From NCBI GenBank assembly GCA_040393665.1, contig JBEBTS010000001.1, positions 1-52,091 of the forward strand: a stretch of DNA of 52,091 nt, in the 5' to 3' direction. The translations under genes and the position numbers were made by a program. Below are positions 51,717 through 52,091 of the stretch, in pieces. Position 1 is the stretch's first letter; the number at the start of each line of letters is the position of its first letter. The notes under the pieces were generated by a model. That model worked only from the letters and a program-made list of their open reading frames with translations, ran no database searches and had not been told where the DNA came from. Source of the stretch: Conexibacter woesei (GTDB lineage Bacteria > Actinomycetota > Thermoleophilia > Solirubrobacterales > 70-9).

Positions 51717-52091
51717 TCGAGTGGCTGACCGAGCCGCTCTCCCACGGCACGACGCTCCGGGCCGTGATCGAGATCGCGATCCTGGGCGCGGTCAGCGGCG
51801 CGGTCGGCTGCTGGGTGATCCTGTACGAGATCTCCTACAGCGCCGAGTCGCTCGCCCACGGGCTGTTCCCCGGGCTGGTCGGGGCGGCGCTGCTCGGGCT
51901 GCCGCTCCTGCTCGGCGGCGCGGTCGGGATCATCGTCGCGGCGCTGCTCATCACCATCGCCGGCCGGATAGCCACCGACACCGCGGACACCGCGATCGCG
52001 GTCGTCGTCACCTCGCTCTTCGGCCTCGGGGCTCTGCGGCGACCTGCTCGGCACCTCCGACTCGGACCTTCTCATCGCCGGCGGCGTCGCC
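51713..52091 (+). CDS. second ABC-3 permease (ZnuB-type), partial, with an apparent frame break near 52036
   Basis: ATGA overlap with znuC. The frame gives MIEWLTEPLSHGTTLRAVIEIAILGAVSGAVGCWVILYEISYSAESLAHGLFPG... After ...SLFGLGAL it turns Arg-rich, while the +1 frame reads GDLLGTSDSDLLIAGGVA. The gene runs off the right edge. Confidence 0.65.
   Translation, partial: MIEWLTEPLSHGTTLRAVIEIAILGAVSGAVGCWVILYEISYSAESLAHGLFPGLVGAALLGLPLLLGGAVGIIVAALLITIAGRIATDTADTAIAVVVTSLFGLGALRRPARHLRLGPSHRRRRR

Overview
Very GC-rich chromosomal segment with GC3-saturated coding frames. Gene order (rplM-rpsI-glmM, glmS, acpS-nnr-alr) suggests Actinomycetota; a deep-branching, Thermoleophilia/Rubrobacteria-like lineage is only an inference. 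All calls come from hand reading of the ORF track and the sequence. Many long Arg/Pro/Gly-rich ORFs in the track are shadow frames and were discarded. Left to right: a partial membrane protein; msrA; a molybdopterin block (DUF6457-like, moaD, then moaA-moaE-moaB on the opposite strand); tRNA-Pro(UGG); an FMO / bile-acid:Na+ symporter-family / SDR operon; a DUF1015, SnoaL, PduO-type adenosyltransferase, OsmC, SDR run; apt; a NUDIX gene; a triple tandem hairpin repeat; sseA; trxB; and a PAP2 + LPG-synthase-TM pair. Next comes a ~13 kb respiratory island. It holds a complete A2-type aa3 oxidase operon (ctaC-ctaD-X-ctaE-small TM), ctaA, ctaB and a dihaem cytochrome c lipoprotein. It also holds a second ctaC/ctaD-like pair in which nearly all redox-metal ligands are substituted although both ORFs are intact. 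This is the most unusual thing in the window. Further right: a GT4 glycosyltransferase; two tandem paralogous secreted Cys-containing proteins of unknown function downstream of infA; cca; alr; CBS; nnr; acpS; a large lipoprotein; glmS; glmM (no canonical start codon, in frame with the rpsI stop); rpsI with a ~130-aa acidic N-terminal extension; rplM; and a c-di-AMP (ydaO-type) riboswitch in front of a secreted M23 peptidase. The window ends with a zinc-starvation-type locus: a COG0523 GTPase + YibE/F operon, divergent from a znuB-znuA in-frame fusion, znuC and a second znuB, separated by two palindromic Zur-like operators. No CRISPR array, transposase, integrase or recognisable defence or toxin system was seen.
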